From Acidobacteriota bacterium (lineage in GTDB: Bacteria > Acidobacteriota > UBA6911 > RPQK01 > JADFOI01): a stretch of 64,000 nt of DNA. The DNA is taken from NCBI GenBank assembly GCA_963663035.1, contig OY760074.1, positions 2,016,001 through 2,080,000 on the forward strand. The letters run 5' to 3'. The stretch's first letter is position 1, and each line of letters starts with the position of its first letter. Below are positions 49,529-59,024 of this stretch, one piece after another. Made by a program: the position numbers and the translations under genes. The notes under the pieces are model-generated. The model had not been told where the DNA came from and ran no database searches. It was given only the letters and a program-made list of their open reading frames with translations.

Positions 49529-50608
49529 ATGAAGATTGCTATTGTTGGACTGTCGAATAGCGGCAAAACGACGGTTTTTAATGCATTGACACGGGGAACG
49601 GCTGAGACCGCCTCCTTCACTTCGGGAAAGTTTGAGCCCAATCTGGCCTCGGTCAAGGTTCCCGATCCCAGGTTGGACGTATTGGCCGAGATTTACCAGC
49701 CGCGAAAGCTCACGGCAGCTGAAGTCCAATACGTGGATGTGACCGGCTTCAAGGGAGAGGAACAGGGGACAGAGCTGCCGGCCGAAGTCCTGGGTTATAT
49801 CGGAACGGCCGATGCTTTGCTTCACGTGGTCCGTGCCTTTGAGGACGAGAGGGTCCCCCATCCCTCAGGAGTAGTGAACCCTGAGGACGACCTGTCTGGA
49901 GTCGACTTTGAACTCATCTTTTCAGACCTCAGGATCATCGAGAAAAGGCGGGCACGGCTGGAGAAAGATCTGAAGAAGACTTCAGGCCAGGAGAAAAATA
50001 TTAAGATTGCCGAACAGGATCTCCTGTGCCGACTCAAGGAGAGCCTTGAGGCAGAGAAGCCGATTCGAGATCTGGAACTCTCCTCACAGGAGGAGAAGCT
50101 GATTCGAGGCTATCCACTCCTCTCAAAGAAGCCGGTCCTGGTGGTTTTGAATATCGGGGAAGAGCAGCTCTCCTCCCCCCCGCCCTTGGAATACAATCAC
50201 TCGAAAAGCTTGGTGGTGCCTCTCAGTGCCAAGATCGAGGAGGAATTGACCCAACTGGAGGAAAACGATGCCCGTGAATTCATGGGGAGTCTCAAAATTC
50301 AGGAACCCGCCAGAGATCGGGTCATCGCTTCATCCTACGCCTTGCTGGGACTGATTAGTTTTCTCACCGTCGGAGAAGATGAGGTGCGGGCCTGGACGAT
50401 TCGCCAGGGCGCCGTTGCCGTGGAGGCCGGAGGCGTCATCCATTCCGATATCGAGCGCGGATTCATTCGGGCAGAGGTCATTTCCTTTGAGGATCTGGTC
50501 AAATCCGGCAGTATGGCAAGCGCACGCAAGCAGGGTCTGTTGAGACTCGAGGGCCGCCAATACGTGCTCCAAGATGGAGATATTAGCAATTTTTTGTTTA
50601 ACGTCTGA
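49529..50608 (+). CDS. ychF: Redox-regulated ATPase YchF (Obg family)
   Basis: GLSNSGKTT, HVVRAF, EVRAWTI, AGGVIHSDIERGFIRAEV and RLEG motifs. Confidence 0.92.
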   Translation: MKIAIVGLSNSGKTTVFNALTRGTAETASFTSGKFEPNLASVKVPDPRLDVLAEIYQPRKLTAAEVQYVDVTGFKGEEQGTELPAEVLGYIGTADALLHVVRAFEDERVPHPSGVVNPEDDLSGVDFELIFSDLRIIEKRRARLEKDLKKTSGQEKNIKIAEQDLLCRLKESLEAEKPIRDLELSSQEEKLIRGYPLLSKKPVLVVLNIGEEQLSSPPPLEYNHSKSLVVPLSAKIEEELTQLEENDAREFMGSLKIQEPARDRVIASSYALLGLISFLTVGEDEVRAWTIRQGAVAVEAGGVIHSDIERGFIRAEVISFEDLVKSGSMASARKQGLLRLEGRQYVLQDGDISNFLFNV

Positions 50609-52019
50609 GGGAGTTCGTCGTGCCGGTACAGCCGAGCAGGGCCACGGTCTCGGAATGGGTCGTGTAGGTAAAACAGTCAAAGAGGGCCAGGGAATGCAGC
50701 CAGAAGCCCACATCCAGGAAAGGCTTGAGATCTCGTGCCAAGCTGGCATGATCACAGGCCAGCCAGATGAGCGCCGTCGGCGCCTCTCGGTTGACTAGCA
50801 CCCGGCTCAGACTCCTGGCGGCAGGCAAGCCGATGCCGTCTCTGGGAGGGTCGCAGATCAGGATGTCGGGAAATTCACGATCGTCAATCCTGGCCTGGAT
50901 GAATTCTCGAACGTCGCCCACTACGGCGTGGGCCGCTAAAGCAGGGTGATTGAGCTTTAGTGCGGAAATAGCCGATGCCTCCCCATCCACCGACCAGGTG
51001 GTGACCTTGTGCCCGGCACCCGCCGCCATCTCGAAAAGATCGGAAAGCGCTCCCGCCCCACAGTAAAGATCCCATGCCGTCCACCCGGCTTTCTCCTCAA
51101 GAGATGAGAAAGCCGGCTGCCGAAGCAGTTGCTGCAACTGATCCAGGATCTCCGCTCGATACAGGGACAGGGCTTGGGAGTGCGGCTGCACGAATACCCG
51201 GGAACCCACCATGAACGGATCACGCTCCGGATGGGCCACATCGGCAAATCCCTCGCCATCGACCTGAGCGCCGTTCCACTCCTTGACCAGGCGCTGCAGT
51301 TTCCGGCGAAGCGCAGATTCCTCTTTTGGTCTCCGGCACACCAGGGCACTCAAGCTGAGGACCACGGCATGGTTGCGCAGCAGGGTCGCTTCGAATTGCA
51401 GATCCACCAGACCTGCCCGCCCATACAACCGGCTCATGTCATCGACCTTGAGCCAGGCCATCAGTCTGGAGCGGGTATCCTCCAAGGGGGGAGCCAGGAG
51501 AAGGCAATTTTCAGTGGAGACGACCTGATGGGTACGCCGTGCGAAAAATCCGAGGGTCTCACCGTCAAAATGCCAACGGGCCCTCACCCGATAGCCCAGA
51601 GGACTGCCCTGGTGACACCGAAGCAGCCGGTCCGCAAGATCGACCTGCTGGGGAGACCAACCTCCCACCCGCCGGAGCGTCTGAATCAACCACTGCCTCT
51701 TGAGGGTGAGCTGGCCCTGGGGCGTCACGTGCTGCAGCTGGCAGCCTCCACAGCGAGGAGCATGGGGACAGGGGAGCTCCTGGCGCATCTCCGAGCGCTT
51801 GAGCACGCTCTGGAGGGCTCCCTCTGCCAACGTGCTACGCTCCCCTTCCAGCCGGACGGTCACGCTTTCGCCGCCGATGCCCCCTTCCACCAACACCACC
51901 TTGCCCCCGGGGAGCCGCCCTACGCCCAGCCCGTCCGTAGCGGTATCGTGAAGCTCGACTTCAGGGAAGACTCTTTCGCTTTCTGCGGCAGGTAAATTGT
52001 CAAGTCCCGGATCGTGCAT
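50598..52019 (-). CDS. rlmD: rRNA (uracil-C5)-methyltransferase, RlmD/TrmA family
   Basis: TRAM-like N-terminus, CPHAPRCGGC, DLYCGAG, DPPRDG, LACD and HSE motifs. Confidence 0.8.
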   Translation of the reverse strand: MHDPGLDNLPAAESERVFPEVELHDTATDGLGVGRLPGGKVVLVEGGIGGESVTVRLEGERSTLAEGALQSVLKRSEMRQELPCPHAPRCGGCQLQHVTPQGQLTLKRQWLIQTLRRVGGWSPQQVDLADRLLRCHQGSPLGYRVRARWHFDGETLGFFARRTHQVVSTENCLLLAPPLEDTRSRLMAWLKVDDMSRLYGRAGLVDLQFEATLLRNHAVVLSLSALVCRRPKEESALRRKLQRLVKEWNGAQVDGEGFADVAHPERDPFMVGSRVFVQPHSQALSLYRAEILDQLQQLLRQPAFSSLEEKAGWTAWDLYCGAGALSDLFEMAAGAGHKVTTWSVDGEASAISALKLNHPALAAHAVVGDVREFIQARIDDREFPDILICDPPRDGIGLPAARSLSRVLVNREAPTALIWLACDHASLARDLKPFLDVGFWLHSLALFDCFTYTTHSETVALLGCTGTTNSLRR

Positions 52020-52036
52020 TCGGTCGCTCCCTATCG

Positions 52037-52552
52037 TTATGAATCGGGCAGTTCCATAGGATGATCGGCGCTGCCCCCATATATCTGAGGGACCTTAGCA
52101 CCCATGGGTCTTAGGTAGGCGGACAACTGCCCCCGGTGATGCACCGAATGGCGGATCATGAACGACAAAAAGCCGATAGCCGGTAAGTTAAAGACACCCA
52201 TGAGGGACACTTCCTGGGTCAACCGCTCCCCTGAGAGAGACTTCACCTGCTCTATCAGAGTCGGTATTCTCTCGTTATAGAGGTCAATGGCGTCGGCCAC
52301 CGAAGTCACTTCGGAGTCGTTCCCTTGGGGGGGCACAGGACCAAACTGACCGTCGATCACCGCCTGGAGAAACCACACATCCTCTAAAGAGATATGGCGT
52401 GCAAGCTCCAGGGCGCTCATAGAGTTCGAATGCGGCCTGTAGTCGCGCTCTTCTTCAGGAACAGCTTTGAAAACTCTCACATTGGTCTCGACTTCCTGGG
52501 TAAGGATGGGAATATAAAAATCGGCCATGGCTCTCGCGCTTTCCGAATTCAT
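52037..52552 (-). CDS. DinB-family protein
   Basis: ELARHI and HSVHHRGQLSAYLR motifs. Confidence 0.88.
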   Translation of the reverse strand: MNSESARAMADFYIPILTQEVETNVRVFKAVPEEERDYRPHSNSMSALELARHISLEDVWFLQAVIDGQFGPVPPQGNDSEVTSVADAIDLYNERIPTLIEQVKSLSGERLTQEVSLMGVFNLPAIGFLSFMIRHSVHHRGQLSAYLRPMGAKVPQIYGGSADHPMELPDS

Positions 52553-52617
52553 GAGTCTCTCCTCCTGACAGTTCTCTGGATGGTTTTAGAAATCGTCTGT
52601 AAGTTACTGAAACAAAA

Positions 52618-52695
52618 TGGTACGCCCGACAGGATTCGAACCTGTGACCTTTGGTTCCGGAGACCAACGCTCTATCCGTGCTGAGCTACGGGCGC
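52618..52695 (-). tRNA. tRNA-Arg(CCG)
   Basis: 78-nt cloverleaf; anticodon arm TTGGT-CTCCGGA-ACCAA; ends ACCA. Confidence 0.96.
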
Positions 52696-52761
52696 ATGGA
52701 TTTTAGATTCCGAAGTTTAGCAGAATAGCCACCAGCGGTCGATTGGGAACTTGTGTCTGGA

Positions 52762-52790
52762 TTGACATGCATTCCAGGGCGGGGTATAGT
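52762..52790 (+). promoter_or_regulatory. sigma70 promoter for the RRM gene
   Basis: TTGACA-17 bp-TATAGT. Confidence 0.7.
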
Positions 52791-52996
52791 GCAGGGGATT
52801 GCCCTAGTTTAAGGCCTCCCGAGGGTGTCGATGAAAACAATATATAAAAGGCCTTTATTCAAGTCTAACCTTGCGAAGATCCCCCAAGGAACAACCGACC
52901 AGAATCGTGACACCGAGTAAAAAGTTACCGTGTTCTGCTCCTTTCGAGGTCAAAATTTCAGGGTTGATGACAGTAACATTCTCTTAGGAGGAGAAC

Positions 52997-53299
52997 ATGA
53001 GCAGTAACAAATTGTATGTAGGTGGTTTGCCGTATTCCGTTACGGACGACAAGCTACAGGAACTTTTCTCGCCACACGGCACAGTAGAATCAGCCCGCGT
53101 GATTACAGACCGAATGACTGGTCGGTCACGGGGCTTTGGTTTCGTGGAAATGAGCTCTCAGGCTGAGGCTGAAGAAGCGACCAAGAACCTGAACGGCACT
53201 GATCTCGAAGGTCGAAGCCTTACGGTAAACGAGGCCAAACCACAGCAGCCCCGATCAGGCGGCGGCGGTGGCGGCGGCGGCGGCGGCGACCGCTGGTAA
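52997..53299 (+). CDS. RRM RNA-binding protein with Gly-rich tail
   Basis: RNP2 LYVGGL and RNP1 RGFGFVEM; AGGAGG RBS. Confidence 0.95.
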   Translation: MSSNKLYVGGLPYSVTDDKLQELFSPHGTVESARVITDRMTGRSRGFGFVEMSSQAEAEEATKNLNGTDLEGRSLTVNEAKPQQPRSGGGGGGGGGGDRW

Positions 53300-53320
53300 T
53301 CTCATAGGATAAGCGCAAAG

Positions 53321-53349
53321 AAGAGGCGTCAGGTCGGTTCGCCTCTTTT
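53321..53349 (+). terminator. Probable intrinsic terminator
   Basis: AAGAGGCG...CGCCTCTTTT. Confidence 0.55.
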
Positions 53350-53463
53350 AGCCTGCATTTCCCACACTAGAATAACTGAATCCCCTCCACCAGTGTCTCG
53401 GCCTCTCTTCTCAGCTCCTTTAGTGGAATGACGACTGTTATAGTACAATAGAGATCAATTATT

Positions 53464-54030
53464 ATGCTTGCGATCATTCTTCTACTGCTACTTCTTTCCC
53501 CTGCATGGAGCCTTGCACAGGAAACCGAAGAACCTTCTCTGGCTGAGGTTGCACGCAGAGAGCGTGAGCGCAGAGCCAACTTGACAGGGGAGTTCCGGAT
53601 CATCACCGAAGCCAACTTGAAGGATTTCGTAGGTCTTGTGAGTACAAGTGGGAATCCTCCGACTGCAGCTTCCAGAAGAACGGACGTGGGCGAATCCGGA
53701 TCAGAAGAGAATTCTGAAGACGCCAAGGAAACTCCTGCGGCCTGGCCGGCATTATTCCACGAGGCTCGCCTGGACCTTGCCAACGCTGTGAATCGAGGTC
53801 GCGTCCTAGAGCTCAAAATGACTGACCTCCAAAGCGCATGGTTGCGCGAGGACGACGGTTCGGCACAAGGCAGGATCCAACAACAGTTGCAGGAAACCCA
53901 GCAGCAGATCGAAAGCAACGATCGAGAGACTCAAGCTACCAGAGAAACCTTTCAAGCACTGCAACTCGAAGCTGAACAGGCAGGCGTGTTCCCGGCAGTC
54001 ATTCGCGAACTCGTGGGTGAACTCCCCTAG
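53464..54030 (+). CDS. Secreted coiled-coil hypothetical protein
   Basis: Signal peptide, SLAEVARRER...ITEANL and a Q/E-rich helix. Confidence 0.7.
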   Translation: MLAIILLLLLLSPAWSLAQETEEPSLAEVARRERERRANLTGEFRIITEANLKDFVGLVSTSGNPPTAASRRTDVGESGSEENSEDAKETPAAWPALFHEARLDLANAVNRGRVLELKMTDLQSAWLREDDGSAQGRIQQQLQETQQQIESNDRETQATRETFQALQLEAEQAGVFPAVIRELVGELP

Positions 54031-54287
54031 CGACGATAGACACACCTCTTGGTGTTTTCTGTTCAGAAACATTCCCGTCTTCGACGAAAAAGCTTCAAAG
54101 AAGTAAAAAAACTCACCTGCCGGGCACTTCTGGTGACGGCCGTCACTGAAGAGTGCTTGGGATATCGCTAGAATCTCTCCTATGAAAGTGGCTGTGTTTG
54201 TCTTTGAGGACAAACCAATAACGAATAGGTAGGGGTTTAAAGAAGAAAAGAAAATTCTAAAAAATATTCAAGACAGGGGGTGCTTTA

Positions 54288-55016
54288 ATGAAGAGTCTAT
54301 GTTTTCTGCTTTCGTTCTTGGTCGCCTTTTCAGCCGGTCTCTATGGACAAGAGGAACTCTCAATACAAGATATCATTGACCTGGTACACGCCGGACTCAG
54401 TGATTCATTCGTTCTCCAGAAGATCCGCATCAGCACACTGGAATACGAACCTTCTGTAGAAGACCTCGTCGAGCTCCGAAGAGCAGGGGTTTCGGAAAGA
54501 ATCATCCTGTCGCTGATGGGAGTAACGTCACAAACAAGGCTGACTTCACAGGTCAGATATACATCTGAAGGGGCAATCTACCACGGGTTTGAACTCTTTG
54601 CTGGCTACTCCTATGGACTTTTTGATGGAAATGTCAACCTCCAGGGTTGGAATCTGTCCACTGGTCATAATGTCAACCGTTGGTTCGGAATAACCTTCGA
54701 CGGATCCGGTTTCTATACTAATGGAGTAACCTCAAATGTCCATACCGGCTTGGTCGGACCACAGTTTGCCGTTCGTGTCTCCCGACTGGTAACTCCCTAT
54801 GTGCGGGACCTGGTCGGTTATGCTCATGTAAGAGGAGGCATCTTAGGTGTTGTCGGCAACGCTTCAGGACTTGCCTACGGAGGTGGTGCAGGAGTGGATG
54901 TAAAGGTCACTGAAGAACTGGCAGTAAGGGCGGTCCAGGTCGATTTTATACGAATCGAGGTTGGAAACTTTGCAGACCAAATTCGAACATCCTTCGGAAT
55001 CGTTCGAAGATGGTAA
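54288..55016 (+). CDS. Outer-membrane beta-barrel protein with small N-terminal helical domain
   Basis: Signal peptide, ELFAGYSY, GGGAGVD and terminal aromatic residue. Confidence 0.78.
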   Translation: MKSLCFLLSFLVAFSAGLYGQEELSIQDIIDLVHAGLSDSFVLQKIRISTLEYEPSVEDLVELRRAGVSERIILSLMGVTSQTRLTSQVRYTSEGAIYHGFELFAGYSYGLFDGNVNLQGWNLSTGHNVNRWFGITFDGSGFYTNGVTSNVHTGLVGPQFAVRVSRLVTPYVRDLVGYAHVRGGILGVVGNASGLAYGGGAGVDVKVTEELAVRAVQVDFIRIEVGNFADQIRTSFGIVRRW

Positions 55017-55069
55017 GATTTTTACCTGGCTTAGCCACTAGGTGAACTGAGCATCCGTACTCTCTTGTC

Positions 55070-55702
55070 TCAATCCACCCAGAGGATCTCGGAATCAGAA
55101 TCTTCAGGAAGGATTTGAGCCAGAAACACCAAGAGTTTGTTCTGCTCTTCGGCGGCCAGGTGCAGGAACTCCAGAGCCACAAGGTTATCGGTCTCTCCCT
55201 TGTGGCTCATCGGCTCATATCGAACAACCCACCCCACCGCCCTGACCGCTTCGGATAGAGATAAAAGAAAGCTGATCTCCAGCTTATCTCTCAGTCTCAG
55301 TGGAACAGGGGTACGAAAAGCCAGTCCACCCACACTGATGTTTTCAGTCTCGGCGTTGAGCACTCTCTGTCCGATGAGTCGACTGTCCGCAGCGTCAATG
55401 ATAGTAAATGAGAAGGAGATCGGATAAGACACTCGCTGGGCCTTCCTGCGTTGCACTGAGATCTCTTCTCTGGGACCTGCGATGGTCAGTAGTTGGTTTG
55501 AAGGGCCGGATACGTTGAGGATCTCGGAGTTGAAAGAGTAGGCCGCTTGTTGGTTCCAATATTTCACCTGCACCTGCTCTCCTGGTGAAAAGGGCCGTGC
55601 TGAGGACGAACAAAACAATTCTAACCAGACTTGATTGGAAGAGATTTTCGCCACAGTGGCGGCACGTTCGGTACCCACTTCCGCCAAGGGAGAAAGGGAC
55701 AC
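55070..55702 (-). CDS. PilZ-domain (YcgR-like) c-di-GMP effector
   Basis: QRRKAQR (RxxxR) and NISVGG ([D/N]xSxxG) motifs. Confidence 0.82.
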   Translation of the reverse strand: MSLSPLAEVGTERAATVAKISSNQVWLELFCSSSARPFSPGEQVQVKYWNQQAAYSFNSEILNVSGPSNQLLTIAGPREEISVQRRKAQRVSYPISFSFTIIDAADSRLIGQRVLNAETENISVGGLAFRTPVPLRLRDKLEISFLLSLSEAVRAVGWVVRYEPMSHKGETDNLVALEFLHLAAEEQNKLLVFLAQILPEDSDSEILWVD

Positions 55703-55844
55703 TGTGTGATCCAGGAGAAGGTGATGATCCGAACCAAGCGTTAAGACTTCCGCAAACTTCAGATCTTTACAATCGACTAATGTGCTAAAGATATCGATAC
55801 CCCGCTGTTCTCCGATGGTTTGCTGCTGTGGAGATTTCGTCTAG

Positions 55845-57483
55845 CCCGGATTATTCATAAATTCTGAAGAAGGGGTCTGATCGAGGGCACAAAAAGATGC
55901 CGTACCTCTTTGATATAAAAGGGGTTATGAAACAACTCCAAACCAAAAAGGTACGGCCCAGCGATGCATCAGTCTGCCAGATCAACTTGCCATCTCACCC
56001 TGACAGAAAAGTGGTGGCTCGATTCGATGGAGGCCGGCTCTCCTCCGATGCCGGGCTGCTGTGTCTGTACGCCCTGGATCAACAGCACGGACTGACGGCT
56101 GGCTTTGCCTCCTGCCTGAAGGACGCTCGAGATAGCCGCTACGTCCGCCACCAGATTCGCGAACTGCTCACCCAGCGCAGCTTTCAGATCGTGGCCGGCT
56201 ATGAGGACTGCAACGATGCCGACAGCTTGCGCTCGGATCCCATCTTCAAGACCGTGTGTGATCGGCTGCCGGAAAGCGATCCGGATCTGGCTTCTCAACC
56301 CACGCTGTCGCGACTGGAGAACTCGGTGGACTCGAAGGATCTCACTCGCCTGGGACAGTGGCTGCTGGAGACCTACTTGAAGCACCGCAAGAAGAGCCGG
56401 CCCGAGAAGATCATCCTGGACATCGACAGCACGGATGACGTCACGCATGGGCAGCAGGAGTTCAGCTTTTACCACGGCTATTATCGCGAGCACATGTATC
56501 ATCCGCTGTTGCTATTCGATGGCGAGACGGGCGATCTGGTATGTGCGCTACTGCGGCCCGGCAACCAGGGGGCGGCCGCCCACGCGGTGGCGGTTCTCAA
56601 ACGGGTGGTGGCCCGGATGCGCCAGGTTCTGGGATCCGATGTTCCGATCGAAGTGCGAGCCGACAGTGGCTTTGCGACGCCGGCACTGTACGAGTTCTGT
56701 GAGGAGGAAAAACTGCAGTATGTGGTGGGCTTTGCCCGCAACTCCCGGCTGGCGGCCACCGTCGAGCCCTTGGTTGAGCAGGTGCAAGCAGACTATGACG
56801 ACTCAGGAGAAAAGCAACGCCAGTTCACCGAGCTCGTCTATCAGGCCGACAGTTGGGACCGGGAGCGGCGCATGGTGGCCAAGGTGGAAGTGAGCGAGCG
56901 CGGGTTCAACCGTCGCTTTGTGGTCACCAACCGCCAGGATCTCACGGCCGGGCAGCTGTATGACCACTACATCGGACGGGGCCAGTGCGAGAACTTCGTG
57001 AAAGCTTTCAAAAAAGATCTGGCCATGGATCGCTTGAGCTGCCACCGTTTCCTGGCCAACCAGTTCCGACTCTTCATCCACGCCCTGGCCTATGTCTTAA
57101 TCCTGCGCCTGCGGGATTACCTGTGCGGGACTCCCTGGCACAACCTGGAGATTGAGACGCTCCGCCGCCGCCTGTTCAAAATCGGTGCCCGGGTTCGGGA
57201 AACTTCTCGTCGCATCTGGGTGCACCTGGCATCGTCTTATCCCGAACAAAAGCTCTTCGCATTACTGATGCACCGTCTGTGTCCCACCTGACGGTCCCCT
57301 GACTCCCTGCGCCAACACAGATATACAGCCCCCTGCGGGCCGAGCTGTTTCCGGAAGGGGCTCTCGCTTCATCTCTATTCGGCTCAACAAGCTTGGACGC
57401 CTTGTAATCGCACCTGAACACACTCTCAGCCCTGAACTTCCGCAGAAAATCGACACTCACCCCAAACTTATGAATAATTGCGG
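55845..57483 (+). mobile_element. IS1380-family element, complete
   Basis: IRs CCCGGATTATTCATAA / TTATGAATAATTGCGG; CTAG TSD at 55841-55844 and 57484-57487. Confidence 0.93.
55897..57291 (+). CDS. IS1380-family transposase
   Basis: FDGGRLSSDAG, GYEDCND, ASQPTLSRLEN, LDIDST, RADSGF and RGQCENFVK motifs. Confidence 0.95.
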   Translation: MPYLFDIKGVMKQLQTKKVRPSDASVCQINLPSHPDRKVVARFDGGRLSSDAGLLCLYALDQQHGLTAGFASCLKDARDSRYVRHQIRELLTQRSFQIVAGYEDCNDADSLRSDPIFKTVCDRLPESDPDLASQPTLSRLENSVDSKDLTRLGQWLLETYLKHRKKSRPEKIILDIDSTDDVTHGQQEFSFYHGYYREHMYHPLLLFDGETGDLVCALLRPGNQGAAAHAVAVLKRVVARMRQVLGSDVPIEVRADSGFATPALYEFCEEEKLQYVVGFARNSRLAATVEPLVEQVQADYDDSGEKQRQFTELVYQADSWDRERRMVAKVEVSERGFNRRFVVTNRQDLTAGQLYDHYIGRGQCENFVKAFKKDLAMDRLSCHRFLANQFRLFIHALAYVLILRLRDYLCGTPWHNLEIETLRRRLFKIGARVRETSRRIWVHLASSYPEQKLFALLMHRLCPT

Positions 57484-57595
57484 CTAGTGTATCGATAATG
57501 GCAGGAACCGTGCTGTGACTGCCATCACCACACTGAGGGGAGTACTTCGCCGGTTGCACATGTTTTTCGAGTGAGTCTGTGGTAAAGATTAAGGA

Positions 57596-58741
57596 ATGCT
57601 GAAGAATCCGATTAGAATCCGATTTGACAGGAATGAGTTCGCAGGCGCGTTTGGCGATATCGGCACCGATTTCCCTCTGATTATTGCCATGATACTGGCA
57701 GCCGGTTTGGACAGCACCAGTGCATTGGTCATGTTCGGCACGATGCAAATCCTCACGGCCCTGATCTATAGGATGCCTATGCCTGTCCAGCCTCTCAAAG
57801 CCATGGCTGCCATCGTCATCACGCAAGAAATCAGTGGAGATATTTTGTACGGGGGCGGCTTGGCAATTGGGGTTCTTATGTTCATGCTCACCGTAACGAA
57901 ACTCATTGACCTGTTGGCTAAAGTTGTACCCAAGTGCGTAATTAGAGGGATACAATTTGGCTTAGGCATCAAGCTTTCCTTACTGGCATTAGGCGACTAT
58001 GTGGCCTCCGAGGGTACCTACGGTTACTGGCTGGCAGCTGTAGCGTTTATCTTGACCGTTGTTCTTCTGGGAAACCGGAAATTCCCAGCTGCCCTGTTCG
58101 TGATCGCTTTAGGTATCACTTACGCCTTTATCTTCAATGTTGATAGCACTGACTTAGTCGCAAGCGTGGGCATTCGATTGCCGCAATTGCATGTACCTGA
58201 GTGGGCGGACATTCTCACAGGCTTTGTTCTTTTGGCCATACCCCAAATCCCACTTTCTCTTGGCAATTCGGTCCTGGCCACCAAACAAGTGTCTGACGAT
58301 CTGTTCCCGGATAGAAAATCTCTCACGGTGCGCAAGATCAGTTTTACCTATTCCTTCATGAATTTGATCAACCCTCTCTTCAGCGGGATACCCACTTGTC
58401 ACGGCTCAGGAGGAATGGCGGGACACTATACCTTCGGCGGCAGAACGGGCGGCTCAGTAGTCATTTACGGATCGATGTATCTCTTTGTAGGACTTTTCCT
58501 CAGCAAGGGATTCGAGACTGTCATTCATATCTTCCCTTTGCCGGTATTGGGAGTGATACTTCTATTTGAAGGGATTGCCTTAATGTTATTCATCAGGGAT
58601 ATCGTGCCATCGAAATCGGAGTTCAGTATCGCTAGCCTGGTTGCCCTGATGGCAGGTGGCTTAGCCTACGGCTTTGTCGTGGGACTGTTAGTGGGCACCT
58701 CGTTGTATTACTTGTCCAAAAGAGGAATGGTAGGAGTCTAG
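57596..58741 (+). CDS. Putative molybdate/sulfate transporter (MOT1 family)
   Basis: EFAGAFGDIGT, PMPVQPLKA and PTCHGSGGMAG..FGGRTG motifs. Confidence 0.88.
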   Translation: MLKNPIRIRFDRNEFAGAFGDIGTDFPLIIAMILAAGLDSTSALVMFGTMQILTALIYRMPMPVQPLKAMAAIVITQEISGDILYGGGLAIGVLMFMLTVTKLIDLLAKVVPKCVIRGIQFGLGIKLSLLALGDYVASEGTYGYWLAAVAFILTVVLLGNRKFPAALFVIALGITYAFIFNVDSTDLVASVGIRLPQLHVPEWADILTGFVLLAIPQIPLSLGNSVLATKQVSDDLFPDRKSLTVRKISFTYSFMNLINPLFSGIPTCHGSGGMAGHYTFGGRTGGSVVIYGSMYLFVGLFLSKGFETVIHIFPLPVLGVILLFEGIALMLFIRDIVPSKSEFSIASLVALMAGGLAYGFVVGLLVGTSLYYLSKRGMVGV

Positions 58742-58948
58742 CCGGGATTATGCAGAAATTTTCTACTGCAGTGCCGCAATCATCCACGCTGACTGCGTTA
58801 TGCGACCCGCAAGCGGGTACCCCTTGGGCTCCTCGGCGTACTGCATGAGTACGCCTGCGGGGCCCGACCCGCAGGCGGGTACCCCTCGCATGCCTTGTCA
58901 TCGCAGCGCCAGCGGCACTTCATCACGAAAACCTATGCATCATCCCGG
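58742..58948 (-). mobile_element. MITE-like element, copy 3 (inverted)
   Basis: IR CCGGGATTATGCA / TGCATCATCCCGG; perfect CTAG TSD, the left copy containing the transporter stop codon. Confidence 0.87.
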
Positions 58949-59024
58949 CTAGCCGCAGACAGTTTTGATGAACTGCTCTGGCTGCGAATCATCAGAGCAA
59001 GGGACGGTCGTTATCTGGTGAGAG

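Noticed and set aside
55703-55844. IS1380 interrupting a longer PilZ reading frame
   Set aside because: The PilZ frame has an in-frame TAG at 55841-55843 (the target site itself), so the IS lies upstream of the CDS.
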